64,000 nucleotides of DNA from IMG/VR virus record IMGVR_UViG_3300025671_000003; one strand, given 5' to 3'. The DNA is from an uncultured virus (IMG/VR IMGVR_UViG_3300025671_000003) (Duplodnaviria; Heunggongvirae; Uroviricota; Caudoviricetes). Position 1 is the stretch's first letter; every line of letters begins with the position of its first letter. Positions 48,196-58,632 of the stretch are shown here, piece by piece. Made by a program: the position numbers and the translations under genes. A model generated the notes under the pieces. That model saw only the letters and a list, made by a program, of their open reading frames with translations, did not search any database and was not told where the DNA came from.

Positions 48196-50658
48196 ATGGC
48201 AACAAAAACGATAGCAATAGCCGTTCAGATTGAGGGCGATGCACAACTAAGACAATTACAAGCTAATTTTGACCAAGTAAGAAGGGCAAGAATTGAGTTA
48301 AATAAAGCAGAAAAAGCTGGTACTGTAACTGCTAAACAAGCAAATGCAGAAAGAGCAAAGTTAAATGTTCAGTTAAAAGCAAATAGAAATGCTTTAACAG
48401 ACCACCAAAACGCTTTACTTAAAAACAATAACGCTCTAAAAAAGAATAGTGGATTTGTTTCTGGTGTTAAAAAAGGAATGGGACAATGGGCTACTTCAAT
48501 GATTGGAGTAACTGCTGCTATTGCTGGTGTAACAAGATTAGTAAGTGGAGCAGTTAAAATATTTGTAGATTTTCAAAAAGCTAATAGTGAGTTAGCAGCC
48601 GTTTCAAGAGCATCAGCAGAAGAAATGAAAGCAATGAGTACCCAAGCAAAAGAATTAGGAGCTTCTACTGCTTTTACTGCATCACAAGTTACAGAATTAC
48701 AAACTAACTTTGCTCGTTTAGGTTTTCCAACACAAGATATACAGAATATGACAGAGGCTACCTTAAATGGTGCTGCTGCATTAGGTTCTGATTTAGGAGA
48801 ACAAGCAGCATTAACTGGAGCTTTATTAAAACAGTTTGGTTTAGATAGTGAGGAAGCTGGTAGAGTTAATGATGTATTAGCTGAAAGTGCTGCTAAATCT
48901 GCATTAGACTTTAGTAAGTTATCGACTGCTTTACCTATTGTTGGTGCAACTGCTAATACTGCTGGTGTAAGTATAGAGAGAACAACGGCTTTATTAGGTA
49001 CTTTATCAGATAGAGGTTTAGACGCTTCAACTTCTGGTACTTCTTTAAGAAACATATTTTTAGAATTGTCTAAGAAAGGATTAACTTTTGATGAGGCAAT
49101 GAAACAAATAAACGACTCTACCGATAAGAATAAAACAGCAATGGATTTATTTGGTAAGCGTTCTGCAACTGCTGGAATTATATTAGCTGAAACTGGTCAG
49201 AGTGTTGATAGTTTAGAGGGTTCTTTAATTAATGCAGAGGGAGCAGCTAAGAAAATGGCTGATACTATGCTTGATAATGTTAGTGGAGATGTTACAAAAG
49301 CACAATCTGCTTATGAGGGTTTTATATTATCTTTAGAAGACGGTAACGGAGTTATATCAGATGTTATTAGAAATGTAACACAATTAGCAACATCTTATTT
49401 AGGAATAGCAACAGCAATAAATGAAGCAGAAACAGCACAAGAGGCTTTTAATGCTATCGGTTCTATATGGGGAGAAGAAATAGGTGTATTTAATGAACAG
49501 ACTGCTGAATACTCAAAAAACTTAGCAGATAACGCTAATAACATTGCTGTATTAGATGAGAGATTAGCCAACAACAAAATAACACAAGAGCAGTATAATT
49601 TAGCAATTCAAAAGTTAGCTACTGGTTGGAAAAGAGCAAGTAAAGAAATCAAAGAAGCTGATGATACTATAAGTGGTGTTACAGATACAGTAACAGAGTC
49701 AACAGAATTAACTCCAGAACAAGTAACAAGAATTAACGATAAAGCAAAGAAAGCAGCAGAAGTAAAAGCACAAGCACAAAAAGACGCTTTAAAAGCTATT
49801 GAAGAACAAGAAGCAGCAGATACAGAGGGAGAACAAGGTGTTTTTGATGCTGAAATACTTAAAAATGAAAACCTTTTAGCAATAGATAAAGAATATTTAG
49901 ACGCTAAAAAATTACAATTAGATGAGTCAATAGCAGCAGAAATAGCAGCAGAAGAAAAGAAAGCACAAGATTTAGCAACTATTGAACAACTTAAAAGAGA
50001 TGCAAGACAAGCAACATTTGGATTAACTGCCGATTTATTTAATTTAGGTGCAAGTTTAGCAGCAGAGGGAAGTAGAGAGCAAAAGGCTTTAGCAAGTGCA
50101 GCAGCATTAATACAAACATATCAAGCAGCACAAGCAGCTTATTTAAGTCAATTATCAATACCAACTCCAACAGCACCAATTAGAGCAGCAGCAGCAGCAT
50201 CAATAGCAGTCGCAAGTGGTCTTGCTAATGTGGCAAAAATTAATTCAACTAAATTTGAAGGTGGTGCAATTCTTCAAGGTGCTTCCCACGCTAACGGTGG
50301 GATACCATTTACGATAGATGGTCAAGCAGGTTTTGAAGCAGAGGGTGGAGAAGCAATAATAAATAAAAGAAGTACAGAAATGTTTGCACCGTTATTAAGT
50401 GCAATAAATGAAGCTGGTGGTGGTGTTGCTTTTGGACGTGGTGGTCGTTTAACTAAGTTTCAAAACGGTGGTTCTTTACCAACTAATGTAGGTGTTACTG
50501 CATCTCAACAAGGATTTGCAAGTGGTGTAATAGATTTAGAAGAATTTAGTTCTGCAATAGTTGACGGTATTAATGATAAAGAAGTTATTAATGTTGCTAC
50601 AAACACAACAGACTCAGCAAGTGAAGTATTAAACATTGCAAGTGAGGCTACTTTCTAA
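48196..50658 (+). CDS. Tape measure protein (TP901 core)
   Basis: AKELGASTAFTASQV, SGTSLRN, MADTMLDN..GD. Confidence 0.93.
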   Translation: MATKTIAIAVQIEGDAQLRQLQANFDQVRRARIELNKAEKAGTVTAKQANAERAKLNVQLKANRNALTDHQNALLKNNNALKKNSGFVSGVKKGMGQWATSMIGVTAAIAGVTRLVSGAVKIFVDFQKANSELAAVSRASAEEMKAMSTQAKELGASTAFTASQVTELQTNFARLGFPTQDIQNMTEATLNGAAALGSDLGEQAALTGALLKQFGLDSEEAGRVNDVLAESAAKSALDFSKLSTALPIVGATANTAGVSIERTTALLGTLSDRGLDASTSGTSLRNIFLELSKKGLTFDEAMKQINDSTDKNKTAMDLFGKRSATAGIILAETGQSVDSLEGSLINAEGAAKKMADTMLDNVSGDVTKAQSAYEGFILSLEDGNGVISDVIRNVTQLATSYLGIATAINEAETAQEAFNAIGSIWGEEIGVFNEQTAEYSKNLADNANNIAVLDERLANNKITQEQYNLAIQKLATGWKRASKEIKEADDTISGVTDTVTESTELTPEQVTRINDKAKKAAEVKAQAQKDALKAIEEQEAADTEGEQGVFDAEILKNENLLAIDKEYLDAKKLQLDESIAAEIAAEEKKAQDLATIEQLKRDARQATFGLTADLFNLGASLAAEGSREQKALASAAALIQTYQAAQAAYLSQLSIPTPTAPIRAAAAASIAVASGLANVAKINSTKFEGGAILQGASHANGGIPFTIDGQAGFEAEGGEAIINKRSTEMFAPLLSAINEAGGGVAFGRGGRLTKFQNGGSLPTNVGVTASQQGFASGVIDLEEFSSAIVDGINDKEVINVATNTTDSASEVLNIASEATF

Positions 50659-50694
50659 ATAATATTTTGTAATTTTATAACAAATCAAAATAAA

Positions 50695-50883
50695 ATGTTT
50701 GTAAGTGAAATTAAAAGAAAATATAGAAGAAGTGTTTGTAACATTTGTCCAAACAAAAGAGGAAACTTTAAGTTATTCGGTTTTACTATCTTCAAAAGAG
50801 TTGACCAATGTAGAATTTGTAAGTGTTCTTTATTGTTAAAAACGTCTTTAAAAGACTCTAAATGTCCACGAGGTTTATGGTAG
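50695..50883 (+). CDS. Small Cys-rich (Zn-binding) protein
   Basis: CxxC, CxxCxC, CP.G.W. Confidence 0.7.
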   Translation: MFVSEIKRKYRRSVCNICPNKRGNFKLFGFTIFKRVDQCRICKCSLLLKTSLKDSKCPRGLW

Positions 50884-51110
50884 CACCAAAACATAAAGCA
50901 GCAGCATATCAAGACAGAGAAAGCGTTATAGATGCTTTCAATGAGATTGGTAAGATACGACCAGATAAGAATAAAATAATATTCTTAATTAATCTATTTA
51001 ATGAAGTTCATAATAATAATGCTTTAAATTGGAATAGCTATGCAACTTGTGGGGATTGTCAGCGTGCATTATGTAATTTTTTTAAACACGTTATAAACGA
51101 ATGGAGATAA
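50862..51110 (+). CDS. Small protein with CxxC
   Basis: TCGDC. Confidence 0.6.
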   Translation: MSTRFMVAPKHKAAAYQDRESVIDAFNEIGKIRPDKNKIIFLINLFNEVHNNNALNWNSYATCGDCQRALCNFFKHVINEWR

Positions 51111-51358
51111 TAAAAGAATTATTAGTTAGTTATGGTTTAACACCAGATGAAAAAACTATTCAAGTTGTTCAAAGAATTATTGAATTAGGTTTTGATAATT
51201 GCTGGTTAAGAAATATGTGTATAATAAAAGAGTTTGATGAGCTTTATAAAACAGATATAAGCCAAACAGAAATATACTTAGAGTTAGGAGATAAACACAA
51301 AATTCATCACGATAGCATTAGACGAATAGTCGCTAATCGTAGAAAATACGAAATTTAG
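51101..51358 (+). CDS. Small HTH-like protein
   Basis: LGDKHKIHHDSIRRIV. Confidence 0.55.
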   Translation: MEIIKELLVSYGLTPDEKTIQVVQRIIELGFDNCWLRNMCIIKEFDELYKTDISQTEIYLELGDKHKIHHDSIRRIVANRRKYEI

Positions 51359-51402
51359 TTTTAAAGTACAATGTTTGTACAACATATTATACTGCAAGTA
51401 TT

Positions 51403-51410
51403 TAATTTTG
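51403..51410 (+). promoter_or_regulatory. TAnnTTTG element before the head operon
   Basis: TAATTTTG. Confidence 0.55.
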
Positions 51411-51428
51411 TAGTATAACTATTTGTAT

Positions 51429-52448
51429 ATGACAATATTTAATAAAGTAGAAAACGGTTTTCAAATCAATATTGATGATGAAATCGGCTTTTGGGGTATT
51501 ACTCATCAAGACTTTACAAATCAACTTAACGAAATCGGAGAGCAAGACGTTCAACTTAATATAGCTTCATACGGTGGGGCTGTTTCCGATGCTTTTGCAA
51601 TTTACAACTCTTTAAAATCTCACAAAGGCAGAATAGTAGCAAACATCTACGGAGATAGTGCTTCTTCTGCAACATTTATAGCTATGGCAGCAGATGAGAT
51701 TAGAATTGTAGATAATGCTTTGTTTTTGATTCATAATGTTTGGGGTGGTGTTACTGGTGAAGCTGATGATTTAAGAAAGGCAGCAGATGATATGGATAAA
51801 GTAAACTCTAATATTATTGATGTTTATAAGAAAAGAACTGGTTTAAACAAAAACACTATTAAGTCTTTAATGAATAAGGGCGACTGGTGGACAGCAAAAG
51901 AAGCTAAAGCTAATGGTTTTGTTGATGCAGTTGTTGAGCCAAGTGAAATAATCAATAGAAGCGAAACTGTTTTAATGAATTGTGCTAATGAAGAAATGAA
52001 AGAAGCACTAAAAGAAAAAGTAAATCAATTAAATAATAATAAAAATCAAATCAAAATGACAGAAGAAAACAAGTCGTGGTTCTCTGGAAAGTTTGACGAG
52101 TTAATGAACTCTTTCAATAAGAAAGAAGAAGTTGCTCCGATAGTTGACGAGCAACCAAAAGAAGAAACTATTTCAAAAGAAGAAGTTTCTGAAATGCTTA
52201 ATTCAGTTAAAGATGAGATTTCTAAATCTAAAGAAGAAAACGAAGCTATCGTTAATTCTAAAGAAGAAGAAATTAAAAACTTAAAAGCTGAATTAGAAAA
52301 ATTAAACGCTAAGGCAACAGAGCCAAAAGCAGAAAACAAATCTCCAGAGGGAGATAGTAAAAAAGAAGTTGAAACGACTTCACCGTTTATCAACAAAACT
52401 GTTGCAAGGTTAAATAATAAGTATAAAGGAATTTTAAAAATTAAATAA
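51429..52448 (+). CDS. ClpP-type prohead protease with a C-terminal scaffold
   Basis: IASYGG.V, ASSATFI, LIHN, W.TAKEA...GFVD; coiled-coil tail. Confidence 0.9.
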   Translation: MTIFNKVENGFQINIDDEIGFWGITHQDFTNQLNEIGEQDVQLNIASYGGAVSDAFAIYNSLKSHKGRIVANIYGDSASSATFIAMAADEIRIVDNALFLIHNVWGGVTGEADDLRKAADDMDKVNSNIIDVYKKRTGLNKNTIKSLMNKGDWWTAKEAKANGFVDAVVEPSEIINRSETVLMNCANEEMKEALKEKVNQLNNNKNQIKMTEENKSWFSGKFDELMNSFNKKEEVAPIVDEQPKEETISKEEVSEMLNSVKDEISKSKEENEAIVNSKEEEIKNLKAELEKLNAKATEPKAENKSPEGDSKKEVETTSPFINKTVARLNNKYKGILKIK

Positions 52449-52451
52449 ATT

Positions 52452-53483
52452 ATGGCTGATGTAATTGCTGCGTCAATGACGCACTCATACGCTGGAGAAG
52501 AACTAATTAATGAATTGTTCTATCAACCGCAAGAAAACGTACCTGCTTTATCAAGTATGTATCGTTTTATACCAGTTAGAGGGGATAAAGTAAATGTTTA
52601 TTTACCACAAACTCTATCTAAAATATTAAGAAAATACTCAACTTGTGGATTTAGTGCTGCTGGTGGTACTACGACAATCGTTGATAAGACTTTATCTGTT
52701 GAAAAGATTAAAGCAAACTTAGAGGAGTGTGTTGATGCTTGGGATGACACTATCTTTGCTGAATTAATGAAAGGTGGAGTTAATAGAGATGATTTAAGTG
52801 GAACTGTTATTGATAATGTTATCAGAACACAATACTTAAAAGCTGCTGTTTCTGACATTCATAGAATTGCTTGGTTTGCTGATGCAAATGATGCTGATAA
52901 TGACTGGAACCAATTTGACGGTTGGATTACCAACTTCACAGATAGCTCTGCTACAATCGGAACTACTCGTTTTATTGATATGGATGCTACATCTTTTGAA
53001 ACTGGAGATGCTTTAGCTACTGATGGTGCTTTAGGTATTTTAAGACAAATATGGTCAGCTCAAACTGCTACATTAAGAGCAGTGCCAAATATGGATAAAA
53101 AATTCTATGTAACTAATACAGTTATTGATAACTATGCTACTACTTTAGAAAATCAAGGAAACATTGAGGGACAAAGATACATTCAAGATGGTGTTGCTAA
53201 ATATATGTTTAGAGGTGTTGAATTAGTTGCTGTACCAGAATGGGACACTAACTTAGCTGACTCAACTAACCCACACTACACGGGAAGTGGTCTTGGTATC
53301 GGTTCAAACTTAATTGTTTATACTGCTAAAGATAACTTAGTATTTGGTTCTGATGTTGTTGAAGGTTCTACTTCATTTAAAGTAAGATATGCTGATGATG
53401 ATGATGAGAAAATGAAAGTAACAACTAAATTCAAGTTAGGAGTTCAGACTATGCATTACGAATATGTTTGTGTAGCATACTAA
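52452..53483 (+). CDS. Major capsid protein
   Basis: Follows protease/scaffold; FDGW, NLVFGSD; downstream hairpin. Confidence 0.82.
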   Translation: MADVIAASMTHSYAGEELINELFYQPQENVPALSSMYRFIPVRGDKVNVYLPQTLSKILRKYSTCGFSAAGGTTTIVDKTLSVEKIKANLEECVDAWDDTIFAELMKGGVNRDDLSGTVIDNVIRTQYLKAAVSDIHRIAWFADANDADNDWNQFDGWITNFTDSSATIGTTRFIDMDATSFETGDALATDGALGILRQIWSAQTATLRAVPNMDKKFYVTNTVIDNYATTLENQGNIEGQRYIQDGVAKYMFRGVELVAVPEWDTNLADSTNPHYTGSGLGIGSNLIVYTAKDNLVFGSDVVEGSTSFKVRYADDDDEKMKVTTKFKLGVQTMHYEYVCVAY

Positions 53484-53492
53484 TATAATTAT

Positions 53493-53516
53493 AGAGGGGG
53501 TTTAAATACTCCCTCT
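53493..53516 (+). terminator. Hairpin after the capsid gene
   Basis: AGAGGGGGT...ACTCCCTCT. Confidence 0.55.
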
Positions 53517-53537
53517 TAACTTAAAAAATTAATAAAA

Positions 53538-54104
53538 ATGGCAGAATTATCTAATGATATTCTTATAACGTGTGATGATGAAAACAGACGTGGTGGAATT
53601 AAGCGTTTATTTGTTATAAACAGAGAAAACGTAACTTCTTTTACTGCTGGTGCTTCTCACGACTATACTGCTGTTACTTTAGATGCTACTTCTGATGTTT
53701 GGTATGAAATCCAAATTGATGACGAAAGTGGAAGTTACAATGCAGAAGGGTCAAGAGAAAACGGAAGTTCTTTACAAGAACATACTGTTGAAGCAATGAC
53801 ACCAAGAATAGACAAAGCAAAAGCTAAAACTTTACAAGAATTATTTACTTCGTGTAAATTGATTTGTTTAGTTGAAACTTATATTTCTACTGGAACTTAT
53901 AACCAATCTTTTATTGTAGGTTATGATGAGATATTAGGAAGTGATGCAGCTTTAAGAGCAAATATCACAACAATATTAGAGGCTGAATTACAAGGTCAAA
54001 ATGCATATATGATTACAATGAGTGGTAAATCTGGCGAAATTGCTAGAGAATACGTTGGCGACATTGACACTAATGCAAGTGGTACAGTTAGCTTCGGAAG
54101 TTAA
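53538..54104 (+). CDS. Major tail tube protein (putative)
   Basis: C....GGIKRLF N-terminus typical of Bacteroidota phage tube proteins. Confidence 0.7.
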   Translation: MAELSNDILITCDDENRRGGIKRLFVINRENVTSFTAGASHDYTAVTLDATSDVWYEIQIDDESGSYNAEGSRENGSSLQEHTVEAMTPRIDKAKAKTLQELFTSCKLICLVETYISTGTYNQSFIVGYDEILGSDAALRANITTILEAELQGQNAYMITMSGKSGEIAREYVGDIDTNASGTVSFGS

Positions 54105-54109
54105 TAATT

Positions 54110-54136
54110 AGAGGGGTTTAAAATCCCCTCTTTATT
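54110..54136 (+). terminator. Hairpin after the tail tube gene, similar in sequence to 53493
   Basis: AGAGGGGTTTAAAATCCCCTCTTT. Confidence 0.6.
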
Positions 54137-54149
54137 AAAACAAAAATTT

Positions 54150-54419
54150 ATGTATAGAATTAAAGAGAGTGGTTTGGGTAAAAAGTGGTGTGGAGATGGT
54201 ATAATCATTTTAACACACGAATTAAGCCAAAGAAAACTAAAAAAATTATTCAACGCAAGATGCGAATTTATAGAAGAATATGAACAAGAAACCACAAGCG
54301 AGGAAACCGAGACATCGAGCAGTACCGCAAAAGAAAACACCGCAGATAAAAGCAATGGCGGTAACAACGGACATAAATCAAACACAAGAAAAGGAAGCAA
54401 AAAGCACAAAGCAGACTAA
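54150..54419 (+). CDS. Small hypothetical protein
   Basis: ORF after the hairpin, overlapping the portal start. Confidence 0.45.
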   Translation: MYRIKESGLGKKWCGDGIIILTHELSQRKLKKLFNARCEFIEEYEQETTSEETETSSSTAKENTADKSNGGNNGHKSNTRKGSKKHKAD

Positions 54420-55587
54420 GTGGTTTCCATTTTTCAAGGATAGTGATAATATCTATATTAATGATTTAGCAGCAAGGGCTAAAAGAAGTCCTACTCACGG
54501 TGCTATATTACAATCTAAAGCAGTTTATACTGCTGGACAAGGCTTTTCGTATAAAGTTGATGGAGAAGATAAGCAGGAAGAAGATTTAGACGTTAAAACT
54601 CTTGATTATCTAAACGAAGTAAATAACAAAAGACAATCTTTACATTGGTTATTTAGCAAATCTGCTTATGACTTTATTTATAGTGGTAACGCTTATATTG
54701 AAGTTCATAAAGGTAATGAGTTTACAAGTCTATTTTATCAAGATGCAAGTAAGGTAAGAATAAGTGAAGAAACGGCTTATATTAGTGCTTATTGGCGTGA
54801 TATTGAAAACCAACCAACTTATAATGATAAAGACTACCCAGTTGAAACATTAGAGCTTTGGAATGGAGAATTAGACACAACACAAAAAAAGTTTATTATA
54901 CATCTTAAAAACGATGTACCCGAATACGATTATTATGGTTTACCAGAACATTTACAAATACTAAAATGGGCTGATGTAGAATATAAAATTGTACAATTCA
55001 ATCTTGACAAACTTAAAAACGGTTTCTTTCCAAGTGTTGCTATGGATATTGTTGGACAAGCTCCAGAGGGAATGACAGAGCAAGAATATGTTGATAAGAT
55101 TAAAGACAGTTTTACAGACGAGGGTAACAATCACAAAATGTTAATTCAATTAGTTGATAGTTTAGACCAAGCAACTAATATAACTGAATTTACAACGGCA
55201 AGAGAGGGAGAATTATTAGAACTACAAAATTTAGCCACACAAACTATAATTGCAGGTCATAGATGGTTTGCAAGTTTAGCTGGTATATCTCAAGCAGGTA
55301 GTTTAGGTAGCAATCAACAAATAAGAAACGAGTACAATATAGCTTTAAAAGGTGTTGTTGTGCCACAATTTCAAAACCCATTATTAAGAATGTTTAACGA
55401 CTTACTTACAATAGCAGGGTTTGAGAATGTTAAATTAGGTGTCTTAAATGTTGCTCCAGTAGGAATAGAAGATAAAATTGAGCCTAAAGAAGTATTATCA
55501 ATTAATGAGCAACGTGAGTTGCTTGGGTATGAACCAATAGAAGAAAAAGAAGATGAGCCGAACAACGGAGATGATAACAACGACTGA
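54280..55587 (+). CDS. Portal protein
   Basis: SPTHGAI, GNAYIEV, YYGLPE, NGFFPS, SINEQRELLGYEP. Confidence 0.88.
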   Translation: MNKKPQARKPRHRAVPQKKTPQIKAMAVTTDINQTQEKEAKSTKQTKWFPFFKDSDNIYINDLAARAKRSPTHGAILQSKAVYTAGQGFSYKVDGEDKQEEDLDVKTLDYLNEVNNKRQSLHWLFSKSAYDFIYSGNAYIEVHKGNEFTSLFYQDASKVRISEETAYISAYWRDIENQPTYNDKDYPVETLELWNGELDTTQKKFIIHLKNDVPEYDYYGLPEHLQILKWADVEYKIVQFNLDKLKNGFFPSVAMDIVGQAPEGMTEQEYVDKIKDSFTDEGNNHKMLIQLVDSLDQATNITEFTTAREGELLELQNLATQTIIAGHRWFASLAGISQAGSLGSNQQIRNEYNIALKGVVVPQFQNPLLRMFNDLLTIAGFENVKLGVLNVAPVGIEDKIEPKEVLSINEQRELLGYEPIEEKEDEPNNGDDNND

Positions 55588-56044
55588 GATTAAAAGTTTA
55601 GCTATTGTTGATGCAAATATTGATACGGCTTACTTTGACCAGTATATCTTAATGACTCAAAGAAAGTATATAAAACCTTTTTTGGGTGTTGATTTTTATG
55701 ATGAATTAACTACACAAATTGCAGGAGCTTCTTTAACTACTGCAAATGATACTTTGTTAGATGACTATATAAAACCAGCATTAGCTCACTATGTAGTATA
55801 TGTTTCTTTACCACAATTAAGAAGTCAAGTAGCTAAAGGTGGTGTGTTTTTAAATTTATCTGATACTGCTGATGCGGTTAGTGATTTAGGTTATGGACAA
55901 ATAAGAGATGATTATTTAGCTAAAGCAGAAACTTTTATAGATGAAATAGATAATTATATTAAAGAATACAGAAAAACAAATACTAACGCTTATCCGTTAT
56001 ATTGTGGTAAACAATCACAAAACGGTGGGATAATATTATATTAA
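55553..56044 (+). CDS. Head-tail adaptor
   Basis: Q.KYIKPFLG..FY..L, YIKPAL; follows the portal. Confidence 0.75.
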   Translation: MSRTTEMITTTEIKSLAIVDANIDTAYFDQYILMTQRKYIKPFLGVDFYDELTTQIAGASLTTANDTLLDDYIKPALAHYVVYVSLPQLRSQVAKGGVFLNLSDTADAVSDLGYGQIRDDYLAKAETFIDEIDNYIKEYRKTNTNAYPLYCGKQSQNGGIILY

Positions 56045-56045
56045 A

Positions 56046-56327
56046 ATGGATGATAATAGTAAATTAATAGGAGAAAACGGTTGTATGTTTGTTGATAATT
56101 CAGCAACAAATCAAGATATTTATATGATTACAGTTTTAGAAGCTGCAACATTTACGACTTTAAAAGAAGGCTCTAACAAGTCTGTAACTGGTACAGATGT
56201 TATGAGTGATATTAACTTGACTGGGAAAACTATACCAGCAGGAGCAATATTGACACCTTATGATGAAGTTTTTACAGATGTGACGGTTTCTGGTGGTAGT
56301 TTAATGGTTTATAAACTTGGGAAGTAA
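56046..56327 (+). CDS. Small virion protein
   Basis: Beta-rich, TIPAG motif. Confidence 0.55.
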   Translation: MDDNSKLIGENGCMFVDNSATNQDIYMITVLEAATFTTLKEGSNKSVTGTDVMSDINLTGKTIPAGAILTPYDEVFTDVTVSGGSLMVYKLGK

Positions 56328-57034
56328 TGCCTAGTATATATAAATTTTTAAGTCCTTTCGGAGTAAATAATACACCTTTCAACCCTTTAAGTGTTAGTGG
56401 TCTTCAATTATATTTAGCCAAAAACAATGCAACGGCTTCAAGTTGGTTAGACCAAAGCCCTAATGCTTTTGATTTTGTGCAGGGTACAGCAATACAACAA
56501 CCTACAGTAAGTGCTAATTCAGTAGATTTTGACGGTGTAAATGACATAATGGTTAAATCAGTAGCTAATGCTTATAGCGGAGATAGTGGTGGTATTATTT
56601 TTTTTAGTGGTTATAATACTGGAAATACACAGCGTTATTTATCTTCTTCTGATACTGCAACAGCTAATAATTGGCTTGGTTTTTCGGTGTTTAATAATAA
56701 GATTGGAATTTTCACAGATATTGGTGGAACAAGTAATTTTTGCCAGTGCGATACGGTTATTCCATTAGGCTATTTTTACGGATATATTGAGTCTGATGGC
56801 TCAAGTTATGAAATGAGTGTTAACGGAGCAATAAATACATTCTCTGGTACAGATAACGGTAATTGGTTTGCAGATGTTGCAGGTAGAGATGCTTTAGAGA
56901 TAGGTGGTGTTTTAAGAAATTCACCTTTATACGGAGATGGGCAATTAAACAAAATATTATATTCCAATGCATCTCTAACAACATCTGAAAAAGCTGCTAT
57001 AAATAGCTTTATGAGAGTACCAACAAATTATTAA
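56327..57034 (+). CDS. LamG/ConA-like lectin-fold virion protein
   Basis: FNPLSVSGLQLYL, WLDQSPN, FDGVND. Confidence 0.75.
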   Translation: MPSIYKFLSPFGVNNTPFNPLSVSGLQLYLAKNNATASSWLDQSPNAFDFVQGTAIQQPTVSANSVDFDGVNDIMVKSVANAYSGDSGGIIFFSGYNTGNTQRYLSSSDTATANNWLGFSVFNNKIGIFTDIGGTSNFCQCDTVIPLGYFYGYIESDGSSYEMSVNGAINTFSGTDNGNWFADVAGRDALEIGGVLRNSPLYGDGQLNKILYSNASLTTSEKAAINSFMRVPTNY

Positions 57035-57035
57035 A

Positions 57036-57287
57036 ATGAAAGCAATTATATTTAATACAGAAAATGAAGCAATAGAGCTTAACAACAATCTAACTGAATG
57101 TTGTTTAAAGTTGTTTGATAAAAAGACAACAAGTTATTCATATATTTTAAAACATCCATCTAAAGAATTATTTTGTGTTCCTATTGACGATAAAGGTATT
57201 TATTCTGATGTAGTAAAAAAAATAACTAAGGCTTATGATGTTGATGAGTTAACTAAAGATTGGTTACCAAAAGAAGATGAATTTTAA
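57036..57287 (+). CDS. Small partner/chaperone of the lectin protein
   Basis: ORF coupled to the upstream gene. Confidence 0.55.
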   Translation: MKAIIFNTENEAIELNNNLTECCLKLFDKKTTSYSYILKHPSKELFCVPIDDKGIYSDVVKKITKAYDVDELTKDWLPKEDEF

Positions 57288-57310
57288 ATAGTTATATTAA
57301 AGTAATTGTA

Positions 57311-57517
57311 ATGCAACAACAACTAAACGATATGGAGAAAAAGCTGGATAGCATACACGATGCTTTAGTAGGCTCTAAATTAAACCCTAAAGGTGTGATT
57401 AAAAGAGTTGAGGAAGTTGAAGCATATCAAAGTAGAGATAAAAAGCAGAAATGGATGGTTGCAGGTGGTTTTATAGTTATTAGTGCTGTTGTTAAATTTT
57501 TTAAAGATATATTCTAA
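57311..57517 (+). CDS. Coiled-coil plus TM protein (lysis region)
   Basis: C-terminal TM. Confidence 0.6.
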   Translation: MQQQLNDMEKKLDSIHDALVGSKLNPKGVIKRVEEVEAYQSRDKKQKWMVAGGFIVISAVVKFFKDIF

Positions 57518-57924
57518 TGGAATTATTAAAAAAGAATGTAGTATCAATAGTTTTGTTTTTAATTACCTCTTTGGGTGGTTTATGTTGGGCTTTAATACAA
57601 AAAGGGGCAGAAGTAGAGTTCAAAGACAAAGTTGCTAATGTAATTGAAGAAAAAATCAATTCTAAAGACTTTATGGATAAAGTAATGACTTCTAATTATA
57701 TGAAAGAGTACAAAGTTATTCAAAGAAAGCAAATGATAACAGTAATGTTAAACAGTAATGACAGTGCAAGAGTTAAGTTTTCAGCTAAATTAAGTGCTAA
57801 AACTGGTTTAACAGTTGATGCTTTAGTAGATAGTTTAGCAGCAAGAGTACAAGAAAAGCAATGGACAGAAAGAGAGATAGTTGAATTAATAAGAATGTAT
57901 AATCGTAGAATAGCTATATTATGA
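57517..57924 (+). CDS. Membrane-anchored lysis-region protein, homolog of 22010
   Basis: TM followed by QKGAE. Confidence 0.6.
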   Translation: MELLKKNVVSIVLFLITSLGGLCWALIQKGAEVEFKDKVANVIEEKINSKDFMDKVMTSNYMKEYKVIQRKQMITVMLNSNDSARVKFSAKLSAKTGLTVDALVDSLAARVQEKQWTEREIVELIRMYNRRIAIL

Positions 57925-58391
57925 GTAAGTTAGATTTTGACGCTTTAATACAAAGACCTAACCCAATTTCAACAGTTCAAAACATTGGAGAGTTAACCAT
58001 ATATGAAGATATGGAGAAACCAATATTTGATTGTAAAACGGTTGAGTTAGGATGGCACGATAATGTAAGAAAAATTAGTTGTATTCCTAATGGCTATTAT
58101 GAAGTAGTAAAAAGAACTACTGCAAAACGTGGCGACCATTGGATATTAAAAAACGTACCTAATAGAACTTATATTTTATTTCACGACAAAGTTAATTTTG
58201 TGGGAAGTAAAAACCCCAAAACTGGTCACTCAGATATAATGGGATGTATAATACCAACATTTGAGTTAATTGATTTGAATAAAGACGGCATTTTAGATAT
58301 TGCACCACGTTCAAGCACAAAGGCTTTAAAAAAGATGAATGAAGCATTAAAATACATAGGTAAAGATAAATTTATTTTAAAAATTATATAA
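57921..58391 (+). CDS. DUF5675-like putative endolysin
   Basis: TVEL.W..N...SCIP.G.Y, VPNRTYILFH, GCI. Confidence 0.8.
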   Translation: MSKLDFDALIQRPNPISTVQNIGELTIYEDMEKPIFDCKTVELGWHDNVRKISCIPNGYYEVVKRTTAKRGDHWILKNVPNRTYILFHDKVNFVGSKNPKTGHSDIMGCIIPTFELIDLNKDGILDIAPRSSTKALKKMNEALKYIGKDKFILKII

Positions 58392-58392
58392 G

Positions 58393-58590
58393 ATGACTGA
58401 AACAATTAAAAACGCAAAAACAAGACTATTTAAAAACTATGCAACTACGATAGTAGGATTAATTCTAATGTTAGGTGCTGGATATTTAGCAGTAATTGAA
58501 AAAGATAATGTTAATGCCTCTTTTATTGGTGGTTATGCTTTAATATTTTTAAGAAGTAAAGACAGTTTGATAGGGTTGAGTGCTAAATAA
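58393..58590 (+). CDS. Holin candidate
   Basis: Two TM helices, after the endolysin. Confidence 0.6.
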   Translation: MTETIKNAKTRLFKNYATTIVGLILMLGAGYLAVIEKDNVNASFIGGYALIFLRSKDSLIGLSAK

Positions 58591-58620
58591 AGTTTTATTT
58601 GCAAATTAATTTATTTTGTT

Positions 58621-58628
58621 TATCTTTG
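58621..58628 (+). promoter_or_regulatory. TAnnTTTG element
   Basis: TATCTTTG. Confidence 0.5.
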
Positions 58629-58632
58629 TTTT

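Noticed and set aside
13540..57052. Diversity-generating retroelement (TR/VR) explanation for the paired lectin domains or the variable cassettes
   Set aside because: No reverse transcriptase in the window, and the differences are not adenine-specific
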